A stretch of 44,323 nucleotides of DNA, from assembly GCA_905203645.1 (NCBI GenBank), contig CAJKWP010000002.1, positions 1-44,323 on the forward strand. Direction: 5' to 3'. Source of the DNA: an uncultured Christensenella sp. Lineage in GTDB: Bacteria; Bacillota; Clostridia; Christensenellales; UBA1242. Below the pieces are notes generated by a model, which searched no databases, was not told the DNA's origin, and saw only the letters and a list, made by a program, of their open reading frames with translations. The translations under genes were made by a program, and so were the position numbers. Below, one piece after another: positions 43,832-44,323 of the stretch (the stretch's first letter is position 1; the number at the start of each line of letters is the position of its first letter).

Positions 43832-44275
43832 ATGGAATACATAAATTTTGAAAATCAAATTTTGGAAATTGACAAAATCGACTTTGTAGGAGTTGACACT
43901 GCAAAACAAGCGGGTATGCCCAATCAATATACTATCACCGCTTACAAAAATGATAACACCGAGCAAATTTTGTTTTCTTGCTTTGATATAGCCCTTGCAA
44001 AAAAAGCGTGTTCAAATTTGAACCAAAGTTTGCAAGCAAGCAATTTTCCAAATTTTGTACAAATAGGATACAGCTTTGTCAATCTTGATTGTTTGACAAA
44101 TATAAACATCGTCGCCCAAAGCATATATGGTCAAGTCTTTTATACTTTGAAATGCAAATTCAAAAGCGGTTACAATTATGACGTTTACAATGGCAACAAC
44201 CAAACGGCAGAAAAACTCAAATATCAACTTTTGAAAATTTGCAAGGCTTACAAGGAACAAAAATTTTTTGAATAA
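43832..44275 (+). CDS. hypothetical protein (147 aa)
   Basis: ORF trimmed to MEYINFENQ, which has AAGGAG 5 nt upstream. No motif recognised. Confidence 0.5.
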   Translation: MEYINFENQILEIDKIDFVGVDTAKQAGMPNQYTITAYKNDNTEQILFSCFDIALAKKACSNLNQSLQASNFPNFVQIGYSFVNLDCLTNINIVAQSIYGQVFYTLKCKFKSGYNYDVYNGNNQTAEKLKYQLLKICKAYKEQKFFE

Positions 44276-44323
44276 AAAATGCAAATAATATTGCAATAAA
44301 ATTTAAAAAGAAAATTAAAAAGA

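Noticed and set aside
1-44323. CRISPR arrays, prophage/IS elements and known defence systems
   Set aside because: There are no regularly spaced short repeats. There is no integrase, transposase, Cas, restriction-modification, reverse-transcriptase or NTPase-type ORF. The only repeats are those listed as features.

Overview
AT-rich, gene-dense bacterial chromosomal segment. It uses the standard genetic code, has strong AGGAG-type ribosome-binding sites and lipobox signal peptides, and carries a desulfoferrodoxin, so it looks like a low-GC anaerobic Bacillota/Mollicutes-like organism. The housekeeping backbone holds four aminoacyl-tRNA synthetases (metG-argS operon, glnS, valS), folD, uppP, a pyridoxal-kinase-family gene, DegV, an SGNH hydrolase and a P-type ATPase. 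There are four CCA-encoding tRNAs: Pro-GGG, Arg-ACG, Trp-CCA and Leu-AAG. I found no integrase, transposase, CRISPR array, reverse transcriptase or recognisable defence gene. The accessory-looking part lies between tRNA-Arg (9.8 kb) and tRNA-Trp (26.3 kb). It is a cell-surface island with four lipoproteins (three share a near-identical signal-peptide cassette) and a HisKA_3 histidine kinase translationally coupled to a kinase-less multi-pass membrane protein. The island also holds a LuxR-type response regulator 6.4 kb from the kinase, a membrane-anchored papain-like protease, a BclA-like collagen protein and a DUF11 protein. The strongest sequence-level signal is a 46-nt palindromic element present twice (45/46 identical). 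Each copy sits exactly 19 nt upstream of a TGATATAAT extended -10 of a lipoprotein gene. The second copy sits back-to-back with the regulator's own promoter, so this is a candidate operator tying the two-component system to the lipoprotein genes. Other points worth a second look are: a duplicated 5' half of tRNA-Arg, a tRNA-Leu with an A34 (AAG) anticodon, and a MetRS whose HIGH signature reads TLGN. There is also a coupled NifU-like/GGGtGRT gene pair of unknown function, and a mirrored 15-bp repeat driving the divergent collagen-like and DUF11 genes. Finally, there are two tandem double-HTH regulators facing two micro-ORFs, and a YugP-like protein lacking its HExxH site. All calls come from reading motifs by eye; no database search was possible.
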